Source of the DNA: Macrostomum lignano
Lineage: Eukaryota
NCBI GenBank assembly: GCA_002269645.1
Contig: NIVC01004688.1
Location: 1-38,068 of the forward strand
Direction of reading: 5' to 3'
Length of the DNA stretch: 38,068 nt
Positions 35,291 through 38,068 of the stretch are shown here, one piece after another. The notes below the pieces were generated by a model. That model was not told where the DNA came from. It ran no database searches and saw nothing but the letters and a program-made list of their open reading frames with translations. The translations under genes and the position numbers were made by a program. Each line of letters begins with the position of its first letter. Position 1 is the stretch's first letter.

Positions 35291-37968
35291 ATGATTGCCC
35301 CATTGGAAGTCATTCAAGGGGACTTCAGCCCAGAAGAAGCTCAAAAGATAATTATTGAAACTAGCCAAGATTCTTGTATCACTCTTCCACCAGTGAGTCC
35401 AAAAGGTGGAGAAGTTTATCTGTACTACTTTGATGATGAGAGCAGTAAGTGAAAACATCATTTTCAGTGCACATTGCTTCTACTTTCTACTTTGATTTGT
35501 TAATATGGCTCTGGCTCTGGCCTACCTGCTGGGGTTTGGTACACCCAGCCAACCTGACAGTTAAGCTGAGGTGTGACTGACTCATGCCACTTTTTATGTC
35601 CATTTTTCAACTTTCTTTTTATATGGCACCTTTTTCACTTCCTCAACTTGTCCTATTGATTGCAAACTGCTTTAACTGGATATATAGTACAAATGTACCT
35701 TTGTGGGTCCAAAATTAATGGCAAATATTTTTTTGCCAAATGTATAATGAATTAGCCAAATATTTAAATTATTCGTTTGCATGTCTAGAGTGCCAATTTA
35801 AATTAAAAAATTAGTTCTCAAAATAATGCACTTATGCTATTTAATTGTATATATGAATCCACCCAACCCATTTATTTTAGAGTGCAACGACTATCTCTGT
35901 GACCAATATCAGTGGCGGAACAATGGCGCATTTAAATTGCTTCCAGCCCAGTCACCTCTTGTTAAGAAAACTTATTTTATTCCTCGAGTCAAGGATTCAG
36001 ATAAGCAAGGTCAGCCGCTCTTTCGTCGAAATGTCTACCAACTCATTGACAGTAGTAGCTCAGAGCTGCTTCGCCGACGGCTTATTGTTTATATTGGTGA
36101 CCATAGCCAAGGCAGTCTTGAGCCCCATGGCAATTGTCGCAGCCCTTCTGCCAATCCATTTCAACAAACGTGTCCTAGTGTTCTGAAGGAATTGCAGCAG
36201 CGCCTGGCTGAAAAAGGCAGTTCTCCGAGCCAGGTGTATCAGACTGCCACAACGTCTGCCTCTGTTGATCCTCAACACGAAGCAGTGTTAAAGCCGCGTG
36301 ATCACTACCAAGTGGCTAATGTACGAAAAGTAGTCCTACAGAATCTTCGATTATCAAATGACGACGTTGTAAACTGTATCGAACTTGGAGTGGATCTTGT
36401 TAACTGCATTCATCAGATGGATTTTCTACCGCATCTTGGTGTAATTGTTGCACTTCCTGAAATGCTAACAATGCTCGACCAAATTTTGCAGTGCCAAAAT
36501 TTGCCATGCAAGAACTTACTTGCGTACGATACCACTTTTAACCTAGGTGATTTTTTCTTTCGACCCTGACCTTTCGCCATCCATTGCTTCTTTCTCAACA
36601 AGATGTAATGCCTGTTTTGCCAGTTGCATTTTTACTTCATGACCGCAAGCTAGAAGCCATCCACAGTGATTTTTTTTCACTGATGTTGCGCAAGATACCT
36701 TCCCTGTCTACTAATCGAGGTGTTCTTGTCACGGATTGTGAAGTAGCAATAAGTAACGCGGTGAACCGTGTTTTGAGTGACATGAGCCACCTTCAATGCT
36801 GGATCCACATCGTTTGCGATGTCAAGTTTTGGCTGCATAAGAACGGATGTTCCTCTGAAGAAAATGGTATCAAATCCCAACTCGAGGATCTTTGGCGCTC
36901 TCAAACTCTCGAAGAGTATTGCAGCAAGCTTGAGGATGTCTCGTCTAGGTGGAGTGCAAAACTTTGTGATTATTACTTTTCTCAGTGGCATGCCATGGTT
37001 CAGTGCAAAGTCGGTCGCTGGGTACTTGAGCCACTTGGTTTGTACAATGCCTTTAGTGGAGTGACTATTAATCAAGCCGAGGCGTTCAACACTGTTGTTA
37101 AGCGTGCTCAGAACTGGAAAGAAGTTCGTTTGGACGAGGCGATACTAACCGTGTACTATCTTCAAGCATATTTACTGCACGAAACGAATCGGGCCTTTGC
37201 AAACCTCGGTAGCTTTCGGCTGCGTCCGGAATTTCAACAGTTAGCCCAGGCGGTGCCAGCAGTCAATTCACACCCATTCATTGAACCAGCCGAAGTCGTA
37301 CAGCGAATCAAGCATCGCAGGAGGCCAGTCGATGAAAACGATGCGAGCGATAGAAAAGCTAAGACACCAAGCTGTCACGTTCCTAAGTCTCAGATGGCCC
37401 GCGCGGAAGATTTAATTCGCCAGAATAAAGTTGTTGGTGTTCCTAGTACGGGATCATTTACTGTGATTGGTACAACAGGTGATTGTCACAGTGTGCGCCT
37501 TTTTCCAAAGGAGAAATGTACCTGCCCCGCAAGTGGGACGTGCTACCACATTATTGCTTGTCGACTGTCAATTAACCTTAAGGGAAACTTTAAAGCAGGC
37601 AATGCTCAACTGCTTCGACGCAACTTGCTCCCAAAAAAAATAGACGATCAGGGAGAAAGCGTCCAAGGGATATTGACTTAGACAAGTCGGCATCCGACTC
37701 CGACGTTGAAGTTCGTGGCATCAAGAAAGTCTGCCATATTGAGAGCGCAAGCGACCAATCTGACGCGGAGCCTTCTAGTGATAATAATGCCGCTCTTGCT
37801 GAAGAACATACAGCTAAGTCTGCTGAAGATCGATGCGCCGGCTACACTGAAGATCGATGCGCCGGCTCCGCTGAAGATCGATGCGCCGGCCACTCGCACT
37901 ACACAGCGATGACTCCACTGAATCGATGCGCCGGCTCCGCTGAAGATCGATGCGCCGGCTTCCACTGA
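35291..37968 (+). mobile_element. Mutator-like (MULE) DDE transposase with SWIM zinc finger; spliced (exon 35291-35444, intron 35445-35880, exon from 35881); two apparent -1 frameshifts
   Basis: Exon 1 MIAPLEV...PPVSPKGGEVYLY joins in phase 1 to KCNDYLCDQYQWRNNG; catalytic-type motifs YDTTFNLGDF, VTDCE, CWIH, NQAEAFN; SWIM CTC-x5-C-x-H. Adding one T at 36551-36556 and one A at 37633-37640 gives ~747 aa including RRSGRKRPR. TIRs not found in the window. Confidence 0.8.
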
Positions 37969-38068
37969 AGATCGATGCGCCGGCTCCACTGAAGATCGAT
38001 GCGCCGGCTCCGCTGAGATCGATTGCGCCGGCTCCGCTGAAGATCGATGCGCCGGCTCCACTGAAGAT
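37821..38068. repeat. 24-bp tandem repeat (GCTGAAGATCGATGCGCCGGCTCC; AEDRCAGS in the transposase frame)
   Basis: Read directly, ~9 copies to window end; becomes noisy with indels. Confidence 0.9.

Overview
Eukaryotic (metazoan) genomic DNA with GT-AG introns. GC-rich, Q-rich coding sequence and minisatellite-filled introns are reminiscent of Macrostomum-type flatworm assemblies, but the host cannot be confirmed from sequence alone. The left 14 kb is gene-dense: the last five exons of a voltage-gated proton channel (Hv/HVCN1-family) gene whose S4 lacks the first gating Arg, an X-box-preceded degenerate B-box/coiled-coil/NHL-like gene, glyoxalase I (GLO1) and an NCOA5 orthologue. In the centre, an intact full-length 5,834-bp non-LTR retrotransposon (ORF1 DUF4780-like; ORF2 APE-RT-RNase H-CCHC; LOA/Lian-like) with a perfect 14-bp target-site duplication has inserted, in sense orientation, into an intronless gene. 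Removing the element in silico restores a 439-aa shortened glypican-like protein. The right 13 kb is AT-rich and contains a foldback-like element, two MITE-like elements (one with perfect 30-bp TIRs and an 8-bp TSD) and a spliced Mutator/SWIM transposase with two -1 frameshifts in homopolymer runs. Family assignments come from recalled motif similarity, not database searches.
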